A stretch of DNA of 64,000 bases from Candidatus Bathyarchaeota archaeon (GTDB taxonomy: Archaea > Thermoproteota > Bathyarchaeia > Bathyarchaeales > Bathycorpusculaceae), in assembly GCA_963833575.1 (NCBI GenBank), contig CAWHXY010000007.1, forward strand, positions 128,001 to 192,000, in the 5' to 3' direction. A program made the position numbers and the translations under genes. Shown here piece after piece: positions 11,191-21,045 of this stretch (its first letter is position 1; every line of letters starts with the position of its first letter). The notes under the pieces were generated by a model. That model was given only the letters and a program-made list of their open reading frames with translations. It was not told where the DNA came from and searched no databases.

Positions 11191-12177
11191 TTGACTTTGG
11201 GAACACAAGTTATTCTGAAGGACAAGATCAAGAGTGAATTGCTCAAAATTCTTTCAGGATACTGTTTTAAAGAAAGAAATAACCTTTCTCCCAAAGTTTC
11301 AATTCTTACCCCTTGGCTTGGGGATGTACAACTGGAAATAGATGAGCATGTATGGACTTTAGATCCTGAATATTTTGGAGATATCTACCGTATTGCATCT
11401 GTTAATTTAGCACACATACTATTTCTTCTTAGAACAGCATTCGCCGCAGAGATAAATATTATTACACTTTCACCAACAGACAAATCCAATTTTGCTCGTT
11501 CTCAATACGTCACAGATTTATTGGATTTTTTTGATGAAATAGGTTGTAACATTTATACTAACCAAGATTTGCACGCAAAATTATTCCTTTCAAACGACAA
11601 TGCTCTTGTCGGGTCATTCAACCTTTCAAAAGCAGCTCTGTATGATCGAGAAGAGATTGGTATAAGCATTGACAATATAGAAAATCTGCGATTGCTAGAA
11701 AAATATTTTGATGAAGTCAAAGAAAGAAGCGATCCATATGGTTATACAGCTATTCTTAGAAAATCAGTAGAAGAACTTCGCCCGCATCATTTTGAATTAA
11801 ACGTAGAGCAAAAAATCACTAGAGGTTGGTTATACGAGGATATGATGCGACTTTTTAATAAATTGAGTTTAGACCAAGACAAGCAAGATATGGCTTTAGT
11901 ATTTCTGTCAGAAAGGTTAGAAATATCAGGATATTATAATGAACTCTTGAAAGAAATTTCAAAAGATATTAACAATTTTTATTTTAGAGCGTTTTCAGCT
12001 TTGCTAAACCCTATTTATGAAAACGAGAAAGAATACATTAACTACCTGAGGCAAAGGTTCGGTTATAAAGGGATTGGAAATAGTAATGATATACTTAGTT
12101 TTCTAAATTCAAAAATGGTTAGGAAAACAATGCCTAAAAGAAAATTAATTCTTTATTCTCTAAATCCACCTGAATAA
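11191..12177 (+). CDS. phospholipase D-like (HKD) nuclease-domain protein
   Basis: LTPWLGD, LHAKLFLSND, VGSFNLS, EEIG: single HKD-like motif of Nuc/DrmC/DpdK-type PLDs. Confidence 0.75.
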   Translation: MTLGTQVILKDKIKSELLKILSGYCFKERNNLSPKVSILTPWLGDVQLEIDEHVWTLDPEYFGDIYRIASVNLAHILFLLRTAFAAEINIITLSPTDKSNFARSQYVTDLLDFFDEIGCNIYTNQDLHAKLFLSNDNALVGSFNLSKAALYDREEIGISIDNIENLRLLEKYFDEVKERSDPYGYTAILRKSVEELRPHHFELNVEQKITRGWLYEDMMRLFNKLSLDQDKQDMALVFLSERLEISGYYNELLKEISKDINNFYFRAFSALLNPIYENEKEYINYLRQRFGYKGIGNSNDILSFLNSKMVRKTMPKRKLILYSLNPPE

Positions 12178-12204
12178 TAAAGCACGCGTTTATGAAAGCC
12201 CTTT

Positions 12205-13305
12205 GCGCGCTGTCTTGTCCCGATATTACGTGTTGAAATACGTTGGTGACACCGCTTTATCATATCTTCCAATGTTTTCAGCTGCTTCTCTGTTCAGAAC
12301 CAGGCAAAGTACGCTGAACAAGGGATAAGATGCAACTTGCTTCAAGCCTCTAACCTTGTTGACGGTTAGGCTATACTGTGTCTTCAAAAAGCTGAAGACC
12401 GCCTCCACATGTGGTCTTTTGTGATACTTCTTTTTCTGGTCTTCAGGTCCATAAGCTCGAAACTTCCGATCCACCCTCAACAATCCCTCCACGTCCCGTT
12501 TCTGGTTTGAACGATACGGAATCACCGCCGCGTCAACAGCATCTCTGGAGTTTGCCATCGCTATATTGGCTATCAGCTATCACACTTCTCAATTTAGCCT
12601 CAGAATGTTTGAGAATCAACTTCGTCTTGTCCAGCAGGCTTAGTGAGTGTTTCTGCTCGTTCTGATTGGCCGAAGCGAAAGTGCAAGCCAAAGGAAGCAT
12701 AGTTGCAGAATCGATAGCTAAGCGAAGCTTATAGCCGAGCCCAAATGATCTGCCTGTTCGTCCAACTCTGGCTTCTCTGTCTGAATAGCCCCTTTGGTTA
12801 TCTTAAGGATCGCGTGTGCTCCAAGCATCTACGAAGGAAGCGTCAAAGATGGAATCGATCTCTCCTGCACTGTTTTGTTTCGAGAGCTTGACAACTTTCT
12901 CGTCTATTATGTTGGTGAGGCGGGTTTCTCCGGCTTTGCGGATGAACTTGCTGAGGACACTTCGGGAGTAGCTTTTTTCGGCTGGTTTGATGAGGCACAT
13001 TCGTCTAAGCCTTAGGTCTGCGTCGAGTAGTCTGGTCATTTCTCTTAGGCTGCGAACTCCTTTCATTTTCATGATGATGAAGGTTCTGAAAAGACCCATT
13101 GGGTTCCTGGGTGGTCTTCTTGGACCATCGGTATGGAAGCAACTGCGCAGAGCTGTTTTTGCAAAGCTTAAGTCTACGTTTCGAAAGAGGTTTCTAGGGT
13201 CTCGTGTTCATCTTGTCCCGCTAGGACTCACCTCCTGAGATTGGACGTACTCAGAGAACAAGAGCCCCAATTACATTAATTAATTTAGGGACAAACCAGC
13301 GCGCT
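12205..13305 (-). mobile_element. IS5/IS1182-like insertion sequence, copy 2; degenerate (in-frame TAA at 12803 plus frameshifts)
   Basis: TIRs gcgcgctgtcttgtccc (from 12205) and aatttagggacaaaccagcgcgct (13282-13305). Fragments are homologous to copy 1 and end in KAVSPTYFNT. Confidence 0.88.
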
Positions 13306-13312
13306 AGTCCTT

Positions 13313-13367
13313 AGGTGCAAAAGTTCGTGATCTGCACCAAAGTTGTTCGCTGCCTGAATTTTTTGCT
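13313..13367. repeat. dispersed imperfect palindromic repeat, copy 2
   Basis: ggtgcaaaagttcgtgatctgcaccaaagttgttcgctgcctgaattttttgc aligns with 6871-6930. Confidence 0.65.
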
Positions 13368-13439
13368 ATTCAGTTTTTGGTTTATTCATGACGTTAAGTT
13401 GACAATGTTCATATTGGACAGGCATGCTGTTGTAAAGTG

Positions 13440-13500
13440 GGGGATGATGTCGCCGTCCCAGTCTGATCGGGAAGATGAAGAATGAAAGTTGACAGACCCC
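13440..13500 (+). ncRNA. box C/D guide sRNA; D' guide predicted for the 23S rRNA Gm2251 equivalent
   Basis: gggg-ATGATGT(C)-cgccgtcccagt-CTGA(D')-tcgggaag-ATGAAGA(C')-atgaaagttga-CAGA(D)-cccc. Terminal stem present; guide is complementary to the P-loop RCUGGGGCGG. Confidence 0.75.
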
Positions 13501-13597
13501 AAAATTCTTCATTCTAAATAGTTTCGAGCAACACAGCAAGTGCTATTTTATATTGGTTAGCTGACTAGTTAGCATTAACCACTGGTGCAATATTGGA

Positions 13598-13852
13598 ATG
13601 GGAAAAATCCGAAAAAGCGCCGTTCAGATTCGATTTGAAATCTTAGAGTACCTATTCTTCAACAATAAGCCTCAGTTGCGGACTATTATCTGGCGGAAAT
13701 CAACCAACCTTTCCTACGACGACTTCCTAAAGCACTTAACGTATCTTGAAGGGAAAAGCTTGACAAAAGAAACGGAAGGCTTCTGTAATTTGACATTTGA
13801 AGGAAGAAATCTCTACCTTGAGCTACGCAAATCTCTCCCATCGATATTGTAA
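13598..13852 (+). CDS. winged-helix (HTH_45-like) transcriptional regulator
   Basis: FEILEYL, TNLSYDDFLKHLTYLEGK, LTFEG. Confidence 0.75.
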   Translation: MGKIRKSAVQIRFEILEYLFFNNKPQLRTIIWRKSTNLSYDDFLKHLTYLEGKSLTKETEGFCNLTFEGRNLYLELRKSLPSIL

Positions 13853-13920
13853 ACCGCAAATTCATCTGTGGTGCATCAGGTATAAAAACAAAAAAAACGT
13901 AAATAGGCAGGAAACAAAAA

Positions 13921-14271
13921 ATGGCAAAAGAAACAAGCGATGACAAGCAATACCCAGTAAGGTCTCTACATGACTTTTTGTCAGAGCTAGATAAAGAATG
14001 GACAAAATTTCGAAACGGCACCCTCATAGGTTTGGCATCTTCAGGAATCTTATTCATAGTTGTCGTTTGGTTACTGTTACGAACTAGACATTTTGGGTTA
14101 GGCTTGATCGATTTTGTTCTTTTGATTTTTGCAGGCATCTTTTTAGGATACAGCATTTACGCAATGTACTCGCAATACCGCTTCTTCAACAGATGGGAAC
14201 GCCGCGTGGGTCTATTGCTGCATATGGAAGAACAAATTCTATACGAAAAGACAGATGAAACCAACCCTTAG
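13921..14271 (+). CDS. two-TM membrane protein
   Basis: Two hydrophobic segments; downstream of the wHTH gene. Confidence 0.7.
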   Translation: MAKETSDDKQYPVRSLHDFLSELDKEWTKFRNGTLIGLASSGILFIVVVWLLLRTRHFGLGLIDFVLLIFAGIFLGYSIYAMYSQYRFFNRWERRVGLLLHMEEQILYEKTDETNP

Positions 14272-14365
14272 TATTTATTTGTGGTGCACATCAAAAGTGC
14301 GGCTTTCTTTTTAAAGACTAAGACAAAGAGGTGATCATGGAAGTAAGTTGGAGGTGGAATAAAGA

Positions 14366-14869
14366 ATGATCACCCTGAGTAGAAAAAACAAAATAGCAAT
14401 TGTAGCAATAGCAGCCATAGCAATTGTATTGGTGATAGCTGTTCCAAACGTGTATGCTCAAACAACTGCAAACAACGCAGTTTCAAACATAAGAACACTC
14501 AATGCAAAAGGCAACATTTACCAAACAATCGACAGCAACACAATAAAGTACTATCCAGCTAACTTGACATTAACACTTCAGCCAACATCAACCAGTGGTA
14601 AAGTCAAGTTATTTGATGTTACAAGCGGCACATTGATAGCAAACGGAGTCTCATACACCTTTACATCCGGAAACGGAGGCGTACTAACAGGCAGACATGC
14701 GGTTCTGTTACAGGCAGAGGGAACAGATCCAAACGGGCAAGCAGTAACATTGAAATTTGCAGGACAATACTCGTATTCGTGGACAGAAGGTCGAATCGTT
14801 TTCAAAATAGGCGCTAAACTACAAACAGCCGACACTAACTACACTCTTCTTATGCAGGCACCTATTTGA
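14366..14869 (+). CDS. secreted/surface beta-rich protein
   Basis: Signal peptide (RKNK + hydrophobic + VYA), Thr/Gly-rich body, upstream ggaggtgg RBS. Confidence 0.75.
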   Translation: MITLSRKNKIAIVAIAAIAIVLVIAVPNVYAQTTANNAVSNIRTLNAKGNIYQTIDSNTIKYYPANLTLTLQPTSTSGKVKLFDVTSGTLIANGVSYTFTSGNGGVLTGRHAVLLQAEGTDPNGQAVTLKFAGQYSYSWTEGRIVFKIGAKLQTADTNYTLLMQAPI

Positions 14870-15084
14870 GACCAATTTTGCCATTAATTTTTCTTTTATT
14901 CTTTTGTGTTAAAAGTCTTCTGTTTGAAGAAAAGTTTTTTCTATTTCTAAAAGCATTAGCTGCCTTCACAGTATCTATATATGTTGGGCGATCAAAATAT
15001 TATTTAAAGGAATCGAAACGAAAAATCCTTATCTTTTCAATTAAGCATAAAAACCGTCTAAATCACCTATAGGAAATACACTCT

Positions 15085-17274
15085 ATGGATTCAGCAAACT
15101 TTCAAGAAAATGGATCACCTAAAATTCCAACAAGAATCGGCAGATTATATGAGCTTGCCAACAACTTGTGGTGGAGTTGGCACGAAGAAGGTCGTCAAGT
15201 TTTTCGTTCCTTAGATTATGCTCTTTGGAGAACCAGTGGGCATAATCCGGTTAAGCAACTGAGGAGTATTAGCATAGAGAAGCTGGAAGGGGCGGCAAGA
15301 GATCCTGTTTTTTTGGAACTGTATGATATGGTGATGTCTTCTTTTGATAAGGAAATGACGAAGGGTCACGATTGGTGTGGTGAAACAAACCCTGGTAAAC
15401 CAAATGGAAAAATAGCTTATTTCTCAGCTGAGTACGCAATCCATAATTCTTTGCCAATATACGCAGGCGGCTTAGGCGTATTGGCAGGAGATATTTGTAA
15501 AGAATCCTCGGATCGGGGGTTACCTTTCGTTGCAGTTGGGTTCATGTATCCTCAAGGCTACTTCCGACAACGAATTTCTCCAGATGGAGATCAACAAGAA
15601 GATTACATTCAACTGAACTTTGACGAGGCTCCTATTTCGCCCTGCGCTTGGCCCCAAGCGTGTGGTCCGGTTATACCGATTCAGCTTGCAGATCACCTCC
15701 TTTACGTGAAGGTCTGGGAGGTTCATGTTGGTTGTGTCAACCTTTATCTGATGGACACCAATGTTGAAGAAAATCGCCTTGAGGATAGAACATTATCGGC
15801 TCGCCTGTATACTGCGGATCAGGAAGAACGTCTCCGACAACTAATCGTTCTTGGCGTAGGTGGAGTACGAGCGCTAAGAGAGCTTCACATTGAACCAACA
15901 GTATGGCATGCCAATGAAGACCACACCGCTTTCATGATGCTCGAACGCCTCCGAATAGAAAGAGCTAATGAAGCGTCTTTTGAAGATGCAGTCGAGAAAA
16001 TACGCCGAAATACAATTTTCACTACCCACACACCAGTTCCGGCAGGACATCATGTTTTTAGTGTTCAATTAATGGATCGGTATGCTCGTAGTTTTTGGGA
16101 GCCTCTTGGAGTTGACAGAGAAACTTTCCTAAAGTTAGGACAATACCCAGGCCTTGCTCCTGAAAGATTCAACCTTACAGCTTTTGCGTTTCGTTTAGCC
16201 GGGCAATCAAACGCTGTGTCTAAGCTTCATGGGAAAATAACTAGACGAATGTGGCAAGTCCTTTGGCCAAATAAGTCAGAGGATAAGGTGCCGATTTTAT
16301 CCATAACAAATGGTGTTCACCTGCCCAGTTGGCAAGCACCAGAAATCAATGCGCTCTGCCAAAAATACCTTGGTTCAGAGTGGCAGCAAAAACAAGATGA
16401 AGATGGCTATTGGAAAGGTTTCGATGACATACCTGACGAAGAAATATGGCAGATGCGTCAGACATTGAAAACACGATTGATCAATACTTTGCAAGATAGA
16501 GCGCAGCAGCGATGGACCCAAAATAATGTGACCACACAACAAGTGATTGCGATGGGTTCACTTTTAGATCCCTACGCATTAACTCTTGCTTTTGCCCGCC
16601 GTTTCGCCGAGTACAAACGACCCTACTTGCTTCTATCCGACATCGACCGGTTAAAACGTATCATTACAAATCCAGAGAGGCCAGTGCAGATTATCTTTGC
16701 AGGTAAATCTCATCCCGCAGATTATCAATCAAAGCAATTACTAAAACGAGTGTATCAAACAGCTTTAGACAGAGGGTTTCAAGGACGTATTGCCTTCGTT
16801 GAAGACTATGACCTCAACCTATCACGGGAACTTGTTCGAGGCGTTGATGTCTGGCTTAACAACCCCAGACGTTTACAAGAAGCATGTGGAACTAGCGGAA
16901 TGAAAGCTTCTATGAACGGCGTAGTAAACCTTAGCATTCGCGATGGATGGTGGGACGAAGCATACAACGGCAAAAATGGGTGGGCAATAGATGATTTTCA
17001 CGGAGGTACATCAGAGGTAGAAGACAAAGCGGACGCAGAATCACTCTATAGCCTGCTAGAAAAAGAAATCGTACCTCTCTACTATAGCCGAGATCGAAAA
17101 GGAGTACCGCATGATTGGATAAAATATGTCAAAGAAGCAGTGAAAACAATCACTCCCGCTTTCAACGGTTGCCGAATGATGAAAGAATACACTCAAGAAA
17201 TGTATTTGCCTGCCTCCAGACAGGAGGAAATAAAAGTTGTTTTAGATGAAGGGGAAGAAATTGGTGAAACATGA
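15085..17274 (+). CDS. glgP: alpha-glucan (glycogen/maltodextrin) phosphorylase
   Basis: NLWWSW, YAGGLGVLAGD, FTTHTPVPAGH, ITNGVH, FARRFAEYKR, EACGTSGMK (PLP lysine). Confidence 0.95.
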   Translation: MDSANFQENGSPKIPTRIGRLYELANNLWWSWHEEGRQVFRSLDYALWRTSGHNPVKQLRSISIEKLEGAARDPVFLELYDMVMSSFDKEMTKGHDWCGETNPGKPNGKIAYFSAEYAIHNSLPIYAGGLGVLAGDICKESSDRGLPFVAVGFMYPQGYFRQRISPDGDQQEDYIQLNFDEAPISPCAWPQACGPVIPIQLADHLLYVKVWEVHVGCVNLYLMDTNVEENRLEDRTLSARLYTADQEERLRQLIVLGVGGVRALRELHIEPTVWHANEDHTAFMMLERLRIERANEASFEDAVEKIRRNTIFTTHTPVPAGHHVFSVQLMDRYARSFWEPLGVDRETFLKLGQYPGLAPERFNLTAFAFRLAGQSNAVSKLHGKITRRMWQVLWPNKSEDKVPILSITNGVHLPSWQAPEINALCQKYLGSEWQQKQDEDGYWKGFDDIPDEEIWQMRQTLKTRLINTLQDRAQQRWTQNNVTTQQVIAMGSLLDPYALTLAFARRFAEYKRPYLLLSDIDRLKRIITNPERPVQIIFAGKSHPADYQSKQLLKRVYQTALDRGFQGRIAFVEDYDLNLSRELVRGVDVWLNNPRRLQEACGTSGMKASMNGVVNLSIRDGWWDEAYNGKNGWAIDDFHGGTSEVEDKADAESLYSLLEKEIVPLYYSRDRKGVPHDWIKYVKEAVKTITPAFNGCRMMKEYTQEMYLPASRQEEIKVVLDEGEEIGET

Positions 17275-18460
17275 TAGTTTAGCTCAATTGTTTTTTAATC
17301 AATCAGATGTCTTTATGGTTGCCATTAATAGCGATGAAGTGGTTGTCGACATAAACAAAAAAGCATGTGAAATTCTCGATTACACTATTAACGAAGTTAA
17401 GGGCAAGAATTGGTTTGAAAACTTTGTTCCAGCAACAAAAAAAGAAGAGGCTAAACATTTATTTCAAAATGCATTAAATGGAAATCTTCACCATTTACAT
17501 TTTGAATATCCGTTGGTAACTAAACATGGGAAAGAACTGACATTTAACTTTCATAACGTGCTAGTTAGCGACGAAAAAGGCAAAACTATTGGTATTCTTA
17601 GCTCTGGGGATGACGTGACTGAACGGAAAAGCAAAGAAAAATCGTTGAAAGATGTCGAAAATCGTCTTCAGATTTCGTTGAATTACATGATTGAGGGTTG
17701 CCAAATTATTGATTACGATTGGCGCTATGTATACGTAAATGAAGCGGCTGCTAAACAAGGACGCAAAACCAAGGAAGAATTATTAGGTTACACAATGATG
17801 CAAGTGTATCCCGGTATTGATGAAACAGAAATGTTCAGTCATCTTAGAAATTGTATGGCGAATCGTGTGCGGTACCAATTAGATAACGAATTTACCTTCC
17901 CCGATGGGTCAAAAGGCATTTTTGAACTTCGCATAAGCCCTGTACCTGTAGGGATCTTGATTTTGTCAATGGATATTACTCGCAACAGGGAGCTAGAAGC
18001 GGAACTAAATAACTATAGACGCAGGCTTGAGCGCGTATTGGCGGAGCGCACAGCTGATTGCGCAAAAACCAATGAGGAATTAACTCAAGAAATTCAAGAA
18101 CACAAAAAAACAAAAGAAGGTCTCAAGCTGAGAGCAACAATTCTGGATAACGTTAGAGAAGCCATATTTCTCTTAAATGAAAGGGGCGACTTTGAATATG
18201 CAAATGAGGCAGCATCAAGAGCATATGGATATAGCATCGATGAATTACTCAACATGAATATTCGTTCACTCTTTCCGAAAAAAGACGCATCCTCAGTTGA
18301 TTCATTTCTAAAACATATCGTTGAAAAAGGTGAGACAAGCATTGAAATGGTACATCTGCGGAACAATAAATCTCCAATGCGTGTAAAAATATATTCTAAC
18401 CTAGCAAAAACTCTTCGCGGACAATTTATTGTTATAGTCATCCGGGAACGCGATGATTAA
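17246..18460 (+). CDS. multi-PAS-domain protein without output domain
   Basis: Three PAS repeats (DINKKACEILDY..GKNW; YVNEAAAK..GYTM; YANEAASRAYGY) joined by coiled coils. Confidence 0.85.
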   Translation: MKGKKLVKHDSLAQLFFNQSDVFMVAINSDEVVVDINKKACEILDYTINEVKGKNWFENFVPATKKEEAKHLFQNALNGNLHHLHFEYPLVTKHGKELTFNFHNVLVSDEKGKTIGILSSGDDVTERKSKEKSLKDVENRLQISLNYMIEGCQIIDYDWRYVYVNEAAAKQGRKTKEELLGYTMMQVYPGIDETEMFSHLRNCMANRVRYQLDNEFTFPDGSKGIFELRISPVPVGILILSMDITRNRELEAELNNYRRRLERVLAERTADCAKTNEELTQEIQEHKKTKEGLKLRATILDNVREAIFLLNERGDFEYANEAASRAYGYSIDELLNMNIRSLFPKKDASSVDSFLKHIVEKGETSIEMVHLRNNKSPMRVKIYSNLAKTLRGQFIVIVIRERDD

Positions 18461-18828
18461 ACAAGCTGGTACATCAGATGAGCTGACTTGGTCAAATGTA
18501 AAACAACTGCCTTCTATGAAATCGTTCATAAATGAAAAAGTGGATTCAACAAAGAATAACTCTGCAAAACAACTATTTTTTGCCTTTGGAGGCGTGTTTT
18601 GCTGGGAGTGAAACTTGTTTTCTCTCTTTTCGTTTCTGATCTTTTTCTCGCTGTAGTTGTTTGTGCTTTTCTAGACCTTCAGCTTTCTTTGCTTTTTTAG
18701 ACAAATTCTTCAACCTTAGCAAGCAATAGAAACCAACGATGCTCAAAAACCTTGCCCTTAATATACGCATCCAATTCGTCATAATCTTTAAAAGTAAAAC
18801 TGTTAACGGTAAACTCTGGAAGAAAGAA

Positions 18829-18978
18829 ATGCCATATGAAGTTGTTTGTCCCAAATGCGGCTCTTCAGAAGTTGAAAAAACCAAGAATCAGGAATACCGT
18901 TGTAGCAAGTGCGGAGAAATCTTTTATTTTGTCACACCAACATGCGGTTCCACAGATTTTGAAAGATATAAACTCTAA
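18829..18978 (+). CDS. small zinc-ribbon protein
   Basis: MPYEVVCPKCGSSEV...YRCSKCGE. Confidence 0.65.
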   Translation: MPYEVVCPKCGSSEVEKTKNQEYRCSKCGEIFYFVTPTCGSTDFERYKL

Positions 18979-19168
18979 TTTAAACCCAATCTCTTTTCCG
19001 AAACAAATTTTCTAAATATAACAAACTATGAAATGTCATAGTCATCGGACTTCAGCTAGTTACTTTCTAAACAAAAACTGGTTCTTCCCTTATTTTCAGC
19101 TGTTCCTTTAGAAGAACAGTCTGTTCTTTAGGGAGAGTAATATCTTACATGGTGCACTGTAACTCTCG

Positions 19169-20968
19169 GTGTCTGATATGAAGAGAGACCTTATCAAATC
19201 CTTCGCGTTAATTTTGGTTTTAGCATCCTTAACTTGGATGGTTACCTTTCAAGTAGCAAAAGGATCGAGCACTTTAGTGGTTCCAGACGATTACCCAACC
19301 ATAAACGCAGCCATAACCCACGCCTCCGCAGGCGACATCGTGCTCGTGAAAACCGGTATCTACAACGAAAATATCCAAATCACCAAGCCCTTGACGCTGC
19401 AAGGTCAAGGCAACGCCGTTATAGTTGGCGTTGGCGGCTCAACCCCAACAGCGGTTTTAAAATTGAACGCGAACAACATTGTAGTTTCAGGCTTAACCAT
19501 TGAAAGCCAAACTTACACAAACACCACATACTACGCCTACGGTATCTGGGTTGACGGCGACAACTGCACCATAACAGGCAATACCATCAGCCACACTTAC
19601 CTTGGCATCTTCTCCTCAACCCAAAAATCCACAACTATCACACAAAACACAATAACAGGAAGCATAAAGGATGGTATTCGATTCTGTGCAGGTTCATTAA
19701 CTAACATCTCCGATAACAACATCATCTCAAACGGGGTGTCAGGCCTTGCTTTAGGCGGTTACTCGGACACGGTTAAGGGCAACAACCTTCAAGAAAACTT
19801 CCGAGGATTAGGCCTAGGCGGATCAAACTCGGTAGTCTTCAACAACTCCTTGGTTTCTAATACGGAGTCAGGAATCTTCCTCTCAGGGTCACAAAACATA
19901 ATCGCCGCCAACGACATTTCCGCAAACAAATACGGTATCTACATAACTACCCAAGGAGCTTCACCTCATGCAAACGAAATTTACCACAACAACTTTGACA
20001 ACAATTTCTACAATGCGTTCGGCAACTCTACTTACCTTGTTGAAATATGGGATAACGGTGCTCAATCAGGCGGAAACTATTGGAGCGACAAACAACCAAC
20101 CGTCGTCCACATGGTTAACATAAACAACACAGACAACTATCCCCTATCAGCACCGTTCATCCTTTCCACTCCCGACAACTTACCAACCGCAATTGCTCCA
20201 GACTCCGCAAAGCCCAACAGCATCGTTGCCTCATATTCCTTTGACAGTGTCGGCTTAGACCTCGTAACTCCCGACGCTACAGGCAATAATCCCGCAGTTT
20301 TAGGATCAGTCACGGGTGTTTACAATTACACCCCTGGTCAGGTTTCAGGAAAGTTTGGGAATGCGTTAAGCTTCAACGGGAACACTTATGCTTCGGTGCA
20401 GCCTTCACTCAGCCTCGATAACCAAAACGAGGTAACGGTGGATGTTTGGGTAAAGGTGACAGAAATCAAGGGTGTACCCTACAACAACATACTAATCGAA
20501 GCCATCCGAACCACCGGCAGCCTGCCAACAAGAACCCTTGGACTCGCCATCAACGGAGAAGAACCCATTAACGACAGCTCTCCGCCACAAGGAGCCCTCC
20601 GCGCCTACGTATTAACGCCAAGCGGCTTCAACGAAATCGACACTAAAACGCCGCTCCCAAACAACTGGGTTCATGTAGTCTTCACCCGCAGCACAACTAC
20701 AGGGATGCACATCTACGTTGACGGCAAAGAACAAACATACACCGTTGCCGCTGGAACCGCCAACCCCGCAGGTCCAATACAGAACCCAACCGACATCTAC
20801 ATCGGACACGACTCAATTACTGAAATCGACCAACTCCAAATCAGCAACACCGTCGTTCAGCAAACCCAGCCACTGTGGATGCAACCGTGGCTTTGGGTAA
20901 TTCTTCTCGTTGCGTTTGGCGCCAGTCTTATCAGTTTATTTCTCATTGCAAAAAAACGCAGCCGATAA
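19169..20968 (+). CDS. surface protein: NosD-like parallel beta-helix plus LamG-like domain, C-terminal TM anchor
   Basis: Signal peptide, VPDDYPTINAAI, N-rich PbH1 repeats, GGNYWSD; GKFGNALSFNG, WVHVVFT, IYVDG. Confidence 0.85.
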   Translation: MSDMKRDLIKSFALILVLASLTWMVTFQVAKGSSTLVVPDDYPTINAAITHASAGDIVLVKTGIYNENIQITKPLTLQGQGNAVIVGVGGSTPTAVLKLNANNIVVSGLTIESQTYTNTTYYAYGIWVDGDNCTITGNTISHTYLGIFSSTQKSTTITQNTITGSIKDGIRFCAGSLTNISDNNIISNGVSGLALGGYSDTVKGNNLQENFRGLGLGGSNSVVFNNSLVSNTESGIFLSGSQNIIAANDISANKYGIYITTQGASPHANEIYHNNFDNNFYNAFGNSTYLVEIWDNGAQSGGNYWSDKQPTVVHMVNINNTDNYPLSAPFILSTPDNLPTAIAPDSAKPNSIVASYSFDSVGLDLVTPDATGNNPAVLGSVTGVYNYTPGQVSGKFGNALSFNGNTYASVQPSLSLDNQNEVTVDVWVKVTEIKGVPYNNILIEAIRTTGSLPTRTLGLAINGEEPINDSSPPQGALRAYVLTPSGFNEIDTKTPLPNNWVHVVFTRSTTTGMHIYVDGKEQTYTVAAGTANPAGPIQNPTDIYIGHDSITEIDQLQISNTVVQQTQPLWMQPWLWVILLVAFGASLISLFLIAKKRSR

Positions 20969-21002
20969 CCAAATCTCCAATGGGAGGAAAAAAATAGTTT
21001 TT

Positions 21003-21045
21003 TGGTGGGCCGGACCGGGCTTACCCCCGAAACGGTCTGAGTCCC
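21003..21045. repeat. att site: displaced tRNA-Val 3' fragment (with CCA) plus element end motif
   Basis: tggtgggccggaccgg followed by gcttacccccgaaacggtctgagtccc. Confidence 0.85.
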
